In this document: one piece after another, positions 48,464-61,242 of the stretch
Layout of the letters: every line of letters begins with the position of its first letter
Position numbering within the stretch: the stretch's first letter is position 1
Assembly: GCA_963825865.1 (NCBI GenBank)
Contig: CAWGVG010000013.1
Coordinates: 32,001 to 96,000 of the forward strand
Direction: 5' to 3'
DNA length: 64,000 bases
From: an uncultured Nitrososphaeraceae archaeon
GTDB taxonomy: Archaea; Thermoproteota; Nitrososphaeria; Nitrososphaerales; Nitrososphaeraceae
Notes under the pieces: model-generated
Told to the model about the DNA's origin: nothing
The model's database searches: none
Seen by the model: the letters and a program-made list of their open reading frames with translations, nothing else
Made by a program: the position numbers and the translations under genes

Positions 48464-49010
48464 CTAATCTTTAATGTACGTTGACACCATTATAATTACT
48501 ATTGTACAAAAACAATGCATAACCTTGAACGCCAACCAATGTAATGTACCATCTAATTACTTTTCGTCTGATAATGATACTTTATAATTTGATATACATT
48601 CAATTAATAACTTTATAATCATGGAACAATCTTGATTTATCTTCGAATCCGTCACAGACGTAGCTTTGTTCCGTAAGAATGTTTATCATATCCGCCAGTA
48701 TATGTCAACACACTGGTAACACTACAGCAGATATCAAAAATCATGAAAGAGTAATAGAAACAAGAGGAGTTGTTGGGAGTTATTAAAACTTAGTTAACAT
48801 GGTTAATCGGAGCTTTAACTATGTTAATTAATCTTTAATAAACAAAATTTATTTTATGATTCTGGATGGATAGAAGAACCAACAATATTGACAATATTTG
48901 TCTAAGCAGCATTTGTAACAATTCTCACAGCAGAACATTTGTGGTTAATCCTCAATGTACAAAAAAGCAGGAAATTTGATTTCATAGGAAAGATTGGTAA
49001 AGGATAAAGA

Positions 49011-50160
49011 TTGACATTCGCATTGATAACAGGCACAAGGCCTGAAATAATAAAAATGTATCCTCTTATGAGATTATTTGATCTAAAAGGAATCGATTAT
49101 AAATTTATCCATACAGGTCAGCATCATGACTATGAACTGTTCCTCAAGTTTATCGAAGATTTTAATATTCGAAAACCTGATTATAGTATCGATTTAACAC
49201 CAGGTTCTGGGCCTATAGAACAATTTTCTGAAATGATGCCGAAGGTTGGTCGCGTTCTAAAGGAAGTTCAACCGTCATCAGTAATAGTTCAAGGGGACAC
49301 CAACAGTGAAGTTGCTGCTGCATTAGCTCGCCATAAAGTCTAAAATTCCACTAATTCACCTCGAAGCGGGATTAAGAAGCTATGACTGGAGAACACCAGA
49401 GGAGTATAATCGGAGAATGGTGGACCATGTGTCAAATGTGCTACTTGCTCCGACCATCCAATCGGTAAGAAATTTAAAAAATGAACAGGTTCAAGGAAGA
49501 ATATTCATGGTAGGAAACATGTCATAGATGCAGTCGGGTTATGCCTTCAATCGGATAGTACCTGAATATCGTCATCATAATAATAATAGTAATAGAGCAA
49601 GTATCCTAAACAAAATTAAATTAAAAATGGATCCTGCCAATTGTGTGCTTTTAACTCTTCATAGAGAAGAGAATGTAGATAACCGCGATTCTTTAAAACA
49701 AATATTTAGTGCATTGTCTGATTCAGGTCTTTATTGTATCTGTCCTATGCATCCTCGTACTGTCAAAAGAATTCACGAATTTGGGCTTGAAGATCTCATT
49801 TCGAAGGCCATCAAAGTAATTGAACCAGTGGGCTATTTTGATTTTTTAACTCTTCTCAAAACTTGCAGGTTTGTGATTAGTGACTCCGGTGGAGTTCAGG
49901 AAGAAGTAACTTCTCCATATATAAATAAGCATGCCTTGGTCTTACGCAAGTCTACAGAGAGGCCCGAGTCCGTTCTATCTGGCCATACCGTAATGTGCGA
50001 TGTAGATTATTATAAGATTAGGACGTCAATTAGGAAAATTGAAGCAGGAGAACTCCCAGAAAAAAAAGTTGGAAGTCCCTATGGTAGTGGGAATTCAGCA
50101 GAGAAAATAGTCGAAATACTTGAAAAGGAATCTCTCTTGCCAAAAATACTGGTAGTTTGA
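49011..50160 (+). CDS. wecB: UDP-GlcNAc 2-epimerase, copy 3, frameshifted
   Basis: GTRPE, HTGQH, QGDTNS, HLEAGLRS (hand-read near 49355), LHREEN, DSGGVQEE, TERPE. Confidence 0.92.
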
Positions 50161-50498
50161 ATCAGGTTAACCCATTATTGTTACCGTAGCTGTTAAGTTT
50201 ATTGTTCATTATAATTGCAGTCTTAAGGCATTTAGAGGAGGATTATAATTTGCAGATTAATCTGTCAGATAACAACTACAATTACAACAACAAAACAACG
50301 TGCGTGAACAAAATCCACAGGATTGTTGTCATACAATGCTCTTGATATATTAAATTACTTGAATATTACAAATCCCTCGTATCCACCTTTACGATATAAT
50401 CAAAAAGATTTGGCAGCAGTCTATCCATGGATTTATTAAAGATTATGGGGTATGTTATATTATCTCACAAACATCACCTTGCTCTAACTACTAAATTT

Positions 50499-51123
50499 TT
50501 ATTGCTTTGCTACGGTCACTTCATTGCTGAATACCCCTGTGACACCGTAAGGATAATGTAGATACACATATAGAATATAATTCCCTGGCTGTGTAATTTG
50601 CGGTATAACAAAATTACCACTAGTATCATTATTATAATTTCCAAGATTCGACTGGTTGGCCTATTTGCATATCATCCTCAGGATCAATATCTGATAGAGA
50701 CACATTGCTGGGAGTAAATAGTATTGGCGCTAATTTTACATTAGCTGTGATATATCTAATATCTTGATCAGAAGTTGAATTTATTTTAAAATTTTGTCCC
50801 ACAATCAGTTTTGGAATAGGTATAGATAATGAATAATTTGGATTCACTATTGCCACGCTGGTCTGATTACTGTTTCCTGAATTGTTATGCATTAGTACAA
50901 ATTCTTCATCAAGCGAAGCGATGGATTGACCATTGATATCTGTCATATTTACTGCTGGAAATGAGAGAATAGTGCTTGTTCCTAGCCTTTGTGGTTCTGA
51001 TAACGTGTTCTGGTCTGTTTGAGCAAAAACATACTCATATTTGAAAAATGGCAAGATTGGAGCCATAACAAAAGCCAAAGCAAGATATAACGCTATTGCT
51101 GACACTACTATTTGTAAGTACAT
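50499..51123 (-). CDS. Secreted unknown protein, paralog 3 (frameshift near 50650)
   Basis: Signal peptide; QRLGTSTILSFPAV, ASLDEEF, INSTSDQDIRY, DIDPEDD; tail GNFVIPQITQPGNYILYVYLHYP...EVTVAKQ*. Confidence 0.8.
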
Positions 51124-52082
51124 TATCTCAGTTCTTCACACATGCCTAATAAACTTGAGTTAACCATGTAAATTAACAACGTTAACAATGCATCACGTGG
51201 TTAGAGTATGTGTACTAGAATTACGATTACAGTATAATGAGCTTCGATTGATTACACTATCTATACTATAGTCGCTACAGTTACTTTTTATTTCTACGAA
51301 TCACATATATATGAGATTCATAATGGTAGATAGGGATTATTGCAAGTCAGTCACATTTGCTATTAATAATACTAAAGAACATTGAATTCTAGCAAGACAT
51401 TGTCTATTGTATTATATCATTGCTTTGAGAATGTTAATTTTATGTATTTTCAAAAAACAGAGATAGATTTTGAATTATTCTACTTCAAAAGGCTGTGCAC
51501 ATATTTTTAGTGTTTAACGGATTACCAACTAATGGATTCTTAATCAGCCACAACAAATTTTTTGGGCTCAGCAACCCCTGACCCTAATTAGTGTTTGAAC
51601 AATCTTAGGCTCCAATTCTGACGACACACCACTAATTAACTTTGCAAGGTTTCCAATCAATTTCCTGGGATTAGTCTTTTTAGCTACTTGTTGTTTGCAA
51701 GGTTACTTATGCCTTCCTTCATGCCTGCATATATATCTCCTCGCCTAACGATTAAAACTTGTCATTATAGTGTGACTTATGTAGCATATATACTATACCT
51801 GGCAGAACTTGCTCCCTATATCACCACATCTACCTTAGATAATTTTTTTCCAGTAATCTGGGAGCATTAAAAAGTGCCGCAAGGGCTATTACATCTATTC
51901 CATGCTGATCGTCGTGGGTCGTGGAAGTTACCTGAACTACTCTGGTTGTTGTGGATAGGGCATTTTTGTTACTCCCCATTGGGATATTTTGGAGCATATC
52001 CAATATCTAGTCGTAACGTCCATCAAGTTTCAACATGAATAACGATCATTGAACATTATACGTCTATGATTAGCATTTTGGT

Positions 52083-54820
52083 CTATCTGGTGAGTTCTTT
52101 TGGGCAGCAGTTCAACGACCAACAGCTTTTGATTATGCCTCTTTCCTCATTATTTTTGCAGACTGCTATTGCAGATGCTAATGCTCCCAAATATAACCCA
52201 AATCCAATCATCAAGTTGCCACTAAAGCCTATCACCATAGATGATATTGCAGTCAATACTGTTCCTATTACTGATGCAGTCACGTTTATGCCCCAAAGCA
52301 GAGTAACATCCTCCCCTCCTCTGCTACTGCTACTGCCATACACCACCACCACCACCTAAACTGCCCTCATCGTTAAGTTCCTGCGGTAGATGTGAGGAAG
52401 AAGAAGAAGAAGATAGAGTGGAGGAGGAGAGGGAAGCCATTCTTGTAATGGATGGAAATTGAAATCCCATAAGAATACCTGCAGGTAACAAAAGTCCAAA
52501 AGTCAGCGCGAGCTCTTTGTTGCAGCTCCAAAATTATACCTGAATCTATAATCCTCGGTAGGAAACCATAGTATAGTAGCACTGTTACCGCCAGAAGTGG
52601 AATCGATACTACAACTGCTTTGTAGGGATTTTTTTTGAATAGCCTTCCACTTAGATAAGCGCCTATCCCACTAGAAAGTAGGATTGAAAATAGTATGATT
52701 GTTAAGGCCATTATTGGAGTTCCTAGCAACAATAGAAATTTTTGAATAAAGGTTATTTCCAAAAATATAAACCCAAGTCCTATGAGTATTACAAAGATGA
52801 TTTGGAACCGTATACTGATGATGATGAGGATGATGATGGAGTATTTAGTCGAATTGTTCTTTTGTTTACCTTTGAATAGTATATTAAAAGCAATGCAAGT
52901 ACAGCGGACACTCCTAGCGTCGTTTCCAAGAGCACTATCATCTGATTTGGGATCCGCTCTTTTGCAAAATAGAAAGGAGAATCATCTGTAGGTGGCTTCA
53001 ACTCTAAAATACTTGTGTTAGGGTCATAGCTTACTTGTGAATCTTGCTGTTGATTATCATTTGTATTACTAGTAATACTACTATTCGTAGACCTTGGTAG
53101 CAACTTGTCATAAGGAGGTTGTGTGTATTCACCAGGCATAGAAATGACTTTGGCATCGCTTTTGGCAATTCTCTCTTTTACCAAGTTAAGTTCAGATGAA
53201 TTGAACGGGCTATTTTTTACCATTACAATGACAGGGTATACCGTTCTCTGATCGTTGATCCAAAGGATAAACCAGGACGATCTTCAACTACTAGAATCCG
53301 TCTGCTAATGTCTTGATCTTGAATACTTTTTCCTGCTGTTTCTTGCTCCTCCCGTAACGATTCAATGACAAGAGGCATCAGTCTTGGCAATTCAATATTC
53401 CAACGTACACATCACAAGCCTCCCGTTATCTCCATTCAAGTGATTTAGGTATTCCTTGAATGCTTCTACAGTGTAAAGATAATTTTCTGAAAGTGCGTAT
53501 CCACCAGCGAGCTGAGCAGCCCATGAGTCTACCAACTTTATCACTATAGTATCATATTTTGAATTAGCAGAACTGATAAACCGCCTGCCATCATCAATAA
53601 ATAATTTGACATCATTGCGATCGTACAGATTCCCTGCTGAATTACCGCCAAAATGTTTCGCAGCTGATATTATTAATGGATTTATTTCTACTGCAGTAAT
53701 GCTCTTTGAACCTCCAGCCAAAGCAACTAAGATATCCTCTCCGCCTCCGCCACCGATAACAAGAGTCTATTATTTTTTTTTGGTGTCATTGATATTTCAT
53801 ATGGCATATAATCCATGTATTCTTTCAGCCATTGAATATCTGCAGTAGAACCATTCCATCGAAGGACAGGAGTATCGGCATCGGCATCGATCGCTATTGC
53901 AGCTACAGGATCTAGATCTGCCAGTATCATTATTATTGTTATTATTACCTGTGTTATTATGAAAAATCTCTCTTTCTCTTGTGACGTCTATTCTAGAGAA
54001 AGAGTTCCATTGAGTTGACAAATGCTCAAACATTGAAGGCTTTGCTAGCTGATAATGTAATCCCTTGTTTTGTCCAGGTTGTATTGCTAATATATGATTA
54101 TAACCCGCTGCTGTATTGGTTACTAATAATATAGCAGAGGCAGAAAGTACAATTATTCCATAAAATTTTATTTTGTTTCCAACTACTAGTGGTGGTGCTG
54201 GTGATGGTTGTGGCGCCGGCCGATTTTTTTTCTGTCGTGAAATTATAGGCAGCAGCAAGAAGAGGAGGGCCAATGACTAATAGACCTATTGAAATTAACA
54301 CAGATTCTGCGCCCAAATTCCGCATTAGGGGATCAAGAATCAGCGTGGCTGCGGCTGCACCAACTAAATCAGCAAAATACAGCCTGGTTATTTCTTTTGG
54401 CATTGTAAGGTAAATTAGAGCCATTGACATTCCTGCAAAAAAGAAAGGAATTGCTGAGGCTAGATAGAATAGATAAATGAAAGATGTGCTCGACGGTATG
54501 ATGTGTCCTACCACAAACAAGAAGATCGGCACTGAAACTGCAAACACAATAGTAGATTGAAGTATTTTTGATGGCAGATTCTCCTCTCTCTTTTTAATTT
54601 TATTCTTTAGATTGTATATCAGTAAGGCTCCGATTCCAAGTCCAAAAAAAGCGACAGAAATTGCCATAAAGGCATAATCATACCACAGGATGATTGAAAA
54701 AATTCTAGTAAGTGTAAGCTCAAATAATAATACGCATAATGAAAGCATAAAAAGTGTAACTAAAAGAAAGGTCATTAGTCCAAGAGAATGCTGCCAACCT
54801 ATCTCAACACGAAAATTCAA
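52083..54820 (-). CDS. Multi-TM spermidine-synthase-like SAM-dependent protein (several frameshifts)
   Basis: ELTLTRIFS, LYFADLVGAA, WNSFSRIDV, IGGGGGEDI, AVEINP, DDGRRF, SENYLYTVEAF, TDDSPFYF, LWGIN. Confidence 0.85.
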
Positions 54821-55032
54821 CTCATATAAAATGTTTTCCAGAATAATAAAAATTCAGTATTCCCAGATATATATATAACGAGTGAAACAGAGAGATCTGT
54901 GGACGATTCAGTCATTTAGAATAAAGGATGTGCCTTTATTATAAATTTCCTGCCTAGATAAATTATAGAATATATCTCTATGAAACCTTTATTGGATGGT
55001 GGCACCAATTTATATCTCGATTGTTTTAAAAA

Positions 55033-55683
55033 ATGAAGCAATTGTCCACAACATTTTGTGATATCAAGGCAGATATAAATCCAAAGTCTTGGTTATCAAA
55101 ATACCGCAGAACTTCAATTGTTTACCTCATGAAAATGCTTCTGTTCTATCATGGAATCGGTCTGCTTTTAATGCTCATCGGAACATCCATAGCTGAAAAG
55201 GTCATTGTAAATTATAATGATCGATCAATCCCGCGTTCATCCCTTATTTCAGTATTAGCTGCTGGACCAATCGAGGAAACGGTCTTTTTTGGTATCCCAT
55301 ATTATCTTTTCGGAAACCATTTCCTGGTTTTGGCAGGTGGGATTGCATGGGCGATGACCCACATTTTAAATACAAATAGACTTGACATTAGCACTCTAGC
55401 ATATGCAAACTGGTTGTTCGTCATACCTTCACTTTTTTTCAGCCTTAGAACCTGGATTAGTGGAAAAGGCTGGTTTGCAATAGTCACTCATTCAATATGG
55501 AATGGGATCTTTTTTACTTTAGGTTGTGCGTCTGGCGAAATTTCATGTATAGCAATTTTTGACGAAAAGAACTTCTTAACCGTAGGAGTAAGTAGCCTTA
55601 TAGTCTCTTTGCTACTGTCAATTTTAACCTATATGCTGTACAAAAGGAAACATGACACGAATGGACAACGGGTTGCCGTTTGA
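55033..55683 (+). CDS. CPBP (Abi/CAAX) intramembrane metalloprotease
   Basis: AGPIEETVF, WAMTH, HSIWN. Confidence 0.85.
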   Translation: MKQLSTTFCDIKADINPKSWLSKYRRTSIVYLMKMLLFYHGIGLLLMLIGTSIAEKVIVNYNDRSIPRSSLISVLAAGPIEETVFFGIPYYLFGNHFLVLAGGIAWAMTHILNTNRLDISTLAYANWLFVIPSLFFSLRTWISGKGWFAIVTHSIWNGIFFTLGCASGEISCIAIFDEKNFLTVGVSSLIVSLLLSILTYMLYKRKHDTNGQRVAV

Positions 55684-55815
55684 AACACTTCTGATTTTTT
55701 ACTGTATTTTGTAAATTGGAAAAAGTAAACGCTGCCGAAAATGTTTATGAGCTCGAAGAAAGAAAGAAAAATACATGATAGAATTCAGAAATAGGGCAGA
55801 AAGTTTTATTTTATT

Positions 55816-56443
55816 TTATTTTATTAGATGAAAATCCATATGTGTCCCTATCTCAACATTATGCTTCTGGGAAAATCCTGCTACTGTTTCAAGTATATAG
55901 AGCGCATCTTTATCAGGGGTAAATAAGGGACAGTGAAGATCAGACACACATGGTTGCAGATTGTGTTCAATATGAATAACTGTTCGATTACTATCCAACC
56001 AAATAATGTCGATTGGGAATTTCATACCTCTCATCCAAAAATCATATTTTGCAGGTTGCTTTTCAACAAATAGCATTCCCTCGTTTTCCTTCAACTGGTC
56101 CTTAACGTCAAGGCCTTTAACCTGTTGATCATTTGTAATAGCCAAATCTGCAATCAGCTCAAAGTTATTTACTGTGATCTTTGACTGCAAATATCTGTCG
56201 GCTGGTATTTGTGCTTCATTCAAATGAAAATCATTTTCGGATTTTTCAAATGGAAACGTTGTTGTTGTACTCTTATTATCTGCTATTTGGGCTACAGCTA
56301 GTTGTTGCTGTTGTTGTTGTTGTTGTTGTTGGTAATGGCTGTCTGTCGTTGTATGGTAGTGTAGAAAAAGTAGTAAAGCCGATTGCAAATAACAATACTA
56401 ATGTTGTCATCAATCCAAACAATAACAATTTTTCGTTTTGCAC
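55816..56443 (-). CDS. DUF192-family protein with signal anchor and polyQ
   Basis: KGL...EGMLF...FWMRGMKFPIDIIW...YILE..AG; N-terminus in a shifted frame. Confidence 0.88.
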
Positions 56444-56678
56444 TATAGAAATTTATGCGGCAATATAGATAATAAAAACTATCTTAAAGCATTTTCAACT
56501 ACTTTTTAACCGTACTCCTTCAACTAAATGGATAACTTCTTTCCGCATGAATCATACATTCTGTACATCCGATGATTATCAACTAGCTATGTTTTCTTAT
56601 AAATTTCTTTCTGCAACGGCACACATCTATCCTTAATGATATCACTTATTTTGATATTTTGGAATACTATTAAACCTC

Positions 56679-58659
56679 TTATTCGCTTTTTTTTTCTATC
56701 TGTTGATACGTATTTGTTGTTGTGAAATTAGCTGACATCAACAGCTCTTCTAACTTTTTCTTTAAGGTTGAATTGATTTTCTGGCCATCTATTTTGCCTC
56801 TGAGAAGAGACATACTTCTACCCATCAACATGCCAAGTGAGGCGATTCCCTTCGCTTTAATTACTGGCATGTTTTCTTCTAAAACTTTGTCAATTGTCCT
56901 TTCCATCTCCTGATCACTTATCGGTTTTATTCCAAGTCCTTCGATAGCTTGGTCTATTGTTCTAGACTCTTTTCTTATTATTTTTTCGAAAATCAATACG
57001 ATAGATTCCTTTGCTATCGTACCGCCATCAAACCTTCTAAAAACATCTATAATTATTTCGTCAGTTAACACCGTAGTATCAAGTCCTTGCCTCTCTAAGT
57101 TAACGAGATCTTCTGTAAGTTTCGATACTATAAAAGTAGGTTGTACTTTTGTCAAACCTGCGATTTCTTCAAATATGCTAAGATAATTAGAATCAAAAAT
57201 CTTCTCTGCATGCTTTCTATTCAAGCTGTATTTTCTGGCAAGTGTATTTATGTTCTCATCCCATGATTTTGGTATTTTACCAATTAGTGAATCAAGTATG
57301 GAATTATCGATTTGAATCGGTAGAATGTCCGTCTCCGGGTACATCCTGGCTGCACCAGGTCTTGGTCTGCTAAAAATAGTCTTACCATCTAGAGTTGCAG
57401 AACGTGTTTCAGAAGGAACACCATTCAAGGCCATTTTTAATCTTCGAATTATAGACTCGACTGCAAATTCCACCTTTTCTCTTGCACCGCCTATAATCAC
57501 GAAAGCATCGGCATCATGATCCATTTCTAATCTCTTACTAATTGCAATAACCTCTTCCTCTGTGATGCCATAATTTGGTAGCTCATCAGAATGAAATATC
57601 CCACCAAGACCGTAGAATCTAACTAATTCAGCGAGTTGCTTGCCTATTCTAACGTCAGGATATGGCTCAAATCTGATCATGCCAGCAAAACCTTTTACTC
57701 TAATTGCCTTGAAAACACCATTACTATCATCTTCTTCTTCTTCAGCACAAGCAAGCGACTGTTTCACTATTTTAGAGGAGGAATTTCTTAAGATATCAGT
57801 TACATCTTCAATTCTGTCTCCAACCTCAATTTCGTTAAGTCTCCTTTCCTTTTTGAGCTTTTGAGCAATTAGAATCAAACCATGCTGTCTGAGCATTTCA
57901 TATTTAATCACTCTTATTAGTTGATCTAACTGCTGTACACCTTTTACCTCAACAATGCCACCATCATTGACTGAAATGTTGACATCCTGTCTGATACTGC
58001 CCAATCCTCTTGTGACTCTTTTACTGGACCGTAGCAGCCTTCCCATACTAAGTGCAACTTGCATCAGTTCTTCAGGACTCCCTGTTATTGGCTCAAGAGC
58101 GATTTCGAGAAGCGGTACTCCTAATCTATCAAGCCCATACTCTCGAATGATACCATCATCTGAGAGCAGTTTTGCGGCATCTTCTTCCAGACAAATACTC
58201 TGCACTTTAATATTTTCACCGTTAACGTCAATATATCCACCATGTGCAACTAACATCGTGCGTTGAAACCCAGTCGTATTTGAACCATCGATTACAATTT
58301 TGCGCATGGTGTGTATTTCATCTTCGACCTTAGAATGAAGTGCAAGTGAAAATATTAATGCAGTTTCAAGAGCTTCTTTATTCAACTCCTGAGGCGGCTT
58401 TTCATCTGCTTCTACTAGGCAACTTGAGCCTTCAGACGCATGATATTTTATTGTACGCATTTTTTTAAATTCAAAGAGCGGCAGCAGGGTCGTAAGCACC
58501 AAGTTCGCTGTGCGTTGGTCGTAACTTACGTATAAATATCGTTTCATAATTTCTACTCTCTTCGCATCTGCAATTACAGAACAGCTTACTTTTAGTAGAT
58601 AGTTGCTGGTGAATTTCAAAACCAACTTTCAATTTAATGGCTTCTGGATCGATTGTCAC
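56679..58659 (-). CDS. gatE: Glu-tRNA(Gln) amidotransferase subunit E (frameshift near 58480)
   Basis: KVGFEIHQQL..KLFCNC, CLVEADE.PP, MRKIVIDGSNTTGFQRT, DRLGVPL, RQDVNIS, HSDELP, RPRPGAARMYPETD. Confidence 0.97.
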
Positions 58660-58724
58660 TGTCAATAATTCAAAAGTGAGTGAAAGATCTTTTAAGCCTT
58701 CCTTTCTTTGATTAAGAAATATCA

Positions 58725-60192
58725 TCATGAAATAGGAATTACCGAAGATATTTCATTAGCAATATTTTCTTGCATAATTTTCTTTGCAGATTCCGTGTCC
58801 TTGCTGTTTGCAAGCACCCACATCGCTTTTACAATAGCGGTCTCTGTTAGCATATCGGATAACGGTATTACGCCAATGTTAAGCAGATCTCTGCCTGTAT
58901 CATATACTGTCATCTTTACTTTTCCCCATACACATTGAGATGTCATAAAGACCATTAACCCAGATTCTATAGCTTTTTGTATTTGCGGAAAAGATTCTTT
59001 GCTTATATGTCCAAGACCTGTTCCTTCAAGGATAATTACTTTGTAGCCTGCATCTACTGCCGCATACTTTATCAAGTCAGGATCAAATCCGGGATGATAT
59101 TTTTAGCAAGATAACTTTGCTGTCATAATCTGGTTTAACCACAAAATTATTATTATCGCCACTACCATTCCTTCGTTTTTGTAATTTTATTTCACATTGT
59201 TGCATTTCTACAATATCGTCTTTGATCAGTGCAACAGGCACCACATCTATTGACTCAAAGGCATCACGTCTGCTAGTATGATTTTTTCTTACTCTAGTGC
59301 CTACATGGCAAGCAATGACATCGTCAGAAGAGCTGGCATGCATTGCAACAAACACACCAGAGTAATTAGACTTTATAGCAAATACTATACCGCCAATGAG
59401 GTTCAACGCCGCATCAGATGAAGGCCTATCAGAGGATCTCTGTGCCCCTACCAGTACAACAGGTATAGGAAGATTTTGTAGAGCGAAACTGAGAGCTGAT
59501 GCAGTGTAATGCATAGTGTCAGTTCCATGTGAAATAATGATTCCCTGATACCTACCTGACTTTACCTTTTCGGCTACCTTATTAGCAATCAAAGACCAGT
59601 GTTCAGGCTTTAGATTTTCGCTATATTCGTTTAACAATACCTCCGTATCGACTGAAGCATAGTTTCCGAGTTCGGGAATAGAAGCATATAGATCAGATGC
59701 AGAAAGAGCTGCGTGAACACCTCCTGTTCTATAGTCCACTTTACTTGCAATGGTGCCCCCGGTACTAATGAGTGCAATTTTTGAAACTAATTTACCCTCT
59801 TCCTCTTCTTGCTGCTGTCCTTGTCCTCCTACTTCTGCTCTTTTAATTGAGGCTTCAGGAATAGATGATGATGATGGTGGTAGAGATGATGGCATAGCAG
59901 AAACATTTTGATTTGATTCTTGCATAATTTTGGTTATAGATTCGATCTTAGTTAATTCAACTCCTATGTTATATCCACTCTTCAATTTAATAACAAGGTG
60001 ATTTTGATCAGCTGATTCGTAGCGTGGCATTAAGATGCCCGTAAATTGATTACCAGAGATGTTTAGCTTGAGCGTATCCCCTAGAGAGATACCCAATTGA
60101 GTGAGCAATCTCAAGCTCTTTCCTTTATAACTACTAGTAATACTCTTTTTTTCCTCTATCGTCAAGGTAGTATGTTTTAGTGGATATAGCAT
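58725..60192 (-). CDS. gatD: Glu-tRNA(Gln) amidotransferase subunit D (frameshift near 59100)
   Basis: KLKSGYNIG, STGGTIASKVDYRTG, HGTDT, GAQRSSDRPSSD, HTSRRDAF, EGTGLGH, VYDTGRDL. Confidence 0.97.
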
Positions 60193-60494
60193 CTGTGTTT
60201 TATATATATTAAGAAAGCAAGCTGCAGGAGCACAATCTATTAAACTTCATATGTCTCAAGAAGGAAAAGAATCAAGCAAGCATAATATAGGCCATATTAG
60301 AAGTTAAAGAAAGATAATTTAAGGATTCTCGCGATATTCATCCAATGTGATAGAGTTTCAGCACCCTATATCCAAAAGAATACCAATTTTATTATTAGAG
60401 TTAAAAAGTTCTCTCTGGGCAAGAAAATTAATAGATTTCAAGAAAGACAACTCATTCTCTTATCTCATAGATAACAAGATTCCTTAATTATGAT

Positions 60495-61055
60495 GTGCAT
60501 AAATATTTCATCATCGCATTATTGTATAGGGGACTATTTATAGGAAGATTTCAACCCTTCCATCTTGGACATCTTGCCACTGTCAAGTTTGCACTCAAAA
60601 ATGTTGAAGAACTCGTGATTATAATAGGAAGTGCACAGAAAAGTCACGAAATAAGGAACCCATTTACTGCAGGAGAACGTATTCAAATGATCAAAGATTC
60701 TCTAAATACAAAGAGTGAAATCGATACAAAAAGGGTACTTATGATACCGGTCCAAGATGTGGATGTGCATTCTCTTTGGACACACTTTGTGGACATCTTG
60801 GTCCCAAAATATAAAATGGTGTTTACGAACGATTTCTTCACTTGTCTTCTCTTTCAAGAAAGGGGCATAAAGGTTGTCGAGCCACCGTTACATAAAAGAA
60901 AAGAATTATCTGGTACAAAAATTAGGTATAGCATGGCAAATGATAGAGATTGGAAGAAGCTTGTAACCCAGGAGACTGCCAAAGTTGTAGAGGATATCCA
61001 TGGTATAGAGAGAATCAAGGCAATTTTTGCAAAGAATGTAGAAATGAACCATTGA
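60495..61055 (+). CDS. nadM: Nicotinamide-nucleotide adenylyltransferase (archaeal NMNAT)
   Basis: GRFQPFHLGH, GSAQ.SH...NPFTAGER, LSGTKIR. Confidence 0.93.
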   Translation: MHKYFIIALLYRGLFIGRFQPFHLGHLATVKFALKNVEELVIIIGSAQKSHEIRNPFTAGERIQMIKDSLNTKSEIDTKRVLMIPVQDVDVHSLWTHFVDILVPKYKMVFTNDFFTCLLFQERGIKVVEPPLHKRKELSGTKIRYSMANDRDWKKLVTQETAKVVEDIHGIERIKAIFAKNVEMNH

Positions 61056-61242
61056 TTTTTAACAATCCATTATTATATTGATATTAAAAAAATCCTCCTT
61101 TCTATTTCACCACAAGCAATGCGCATTGGTATTCAAATATTATATTTGCAGTAGAGAAAATTTTGCAACAAATAGATATGCACGATAAGAAACATTTTTT
61201 TCTTATGGATCATGATGAGAAAAACGCATAGAACTCGTTTTA

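Noticed and set aside
56181-58938. Short + strand ORFs over DUF192/gatE/gatD, and similar antisense ORFs elsewhere (e.g. 12576-12875, 16141-16383, 38542-38847)
   Set aside because: Shadows of well-supported opposite-strand genes with no motifs of their own.
58471-59110. Programmed frameshifting in gatD/gatE
   Set aside because: Shifts are ubiquitous in the window with no consistent slippery motif; sequencing error is simpler.
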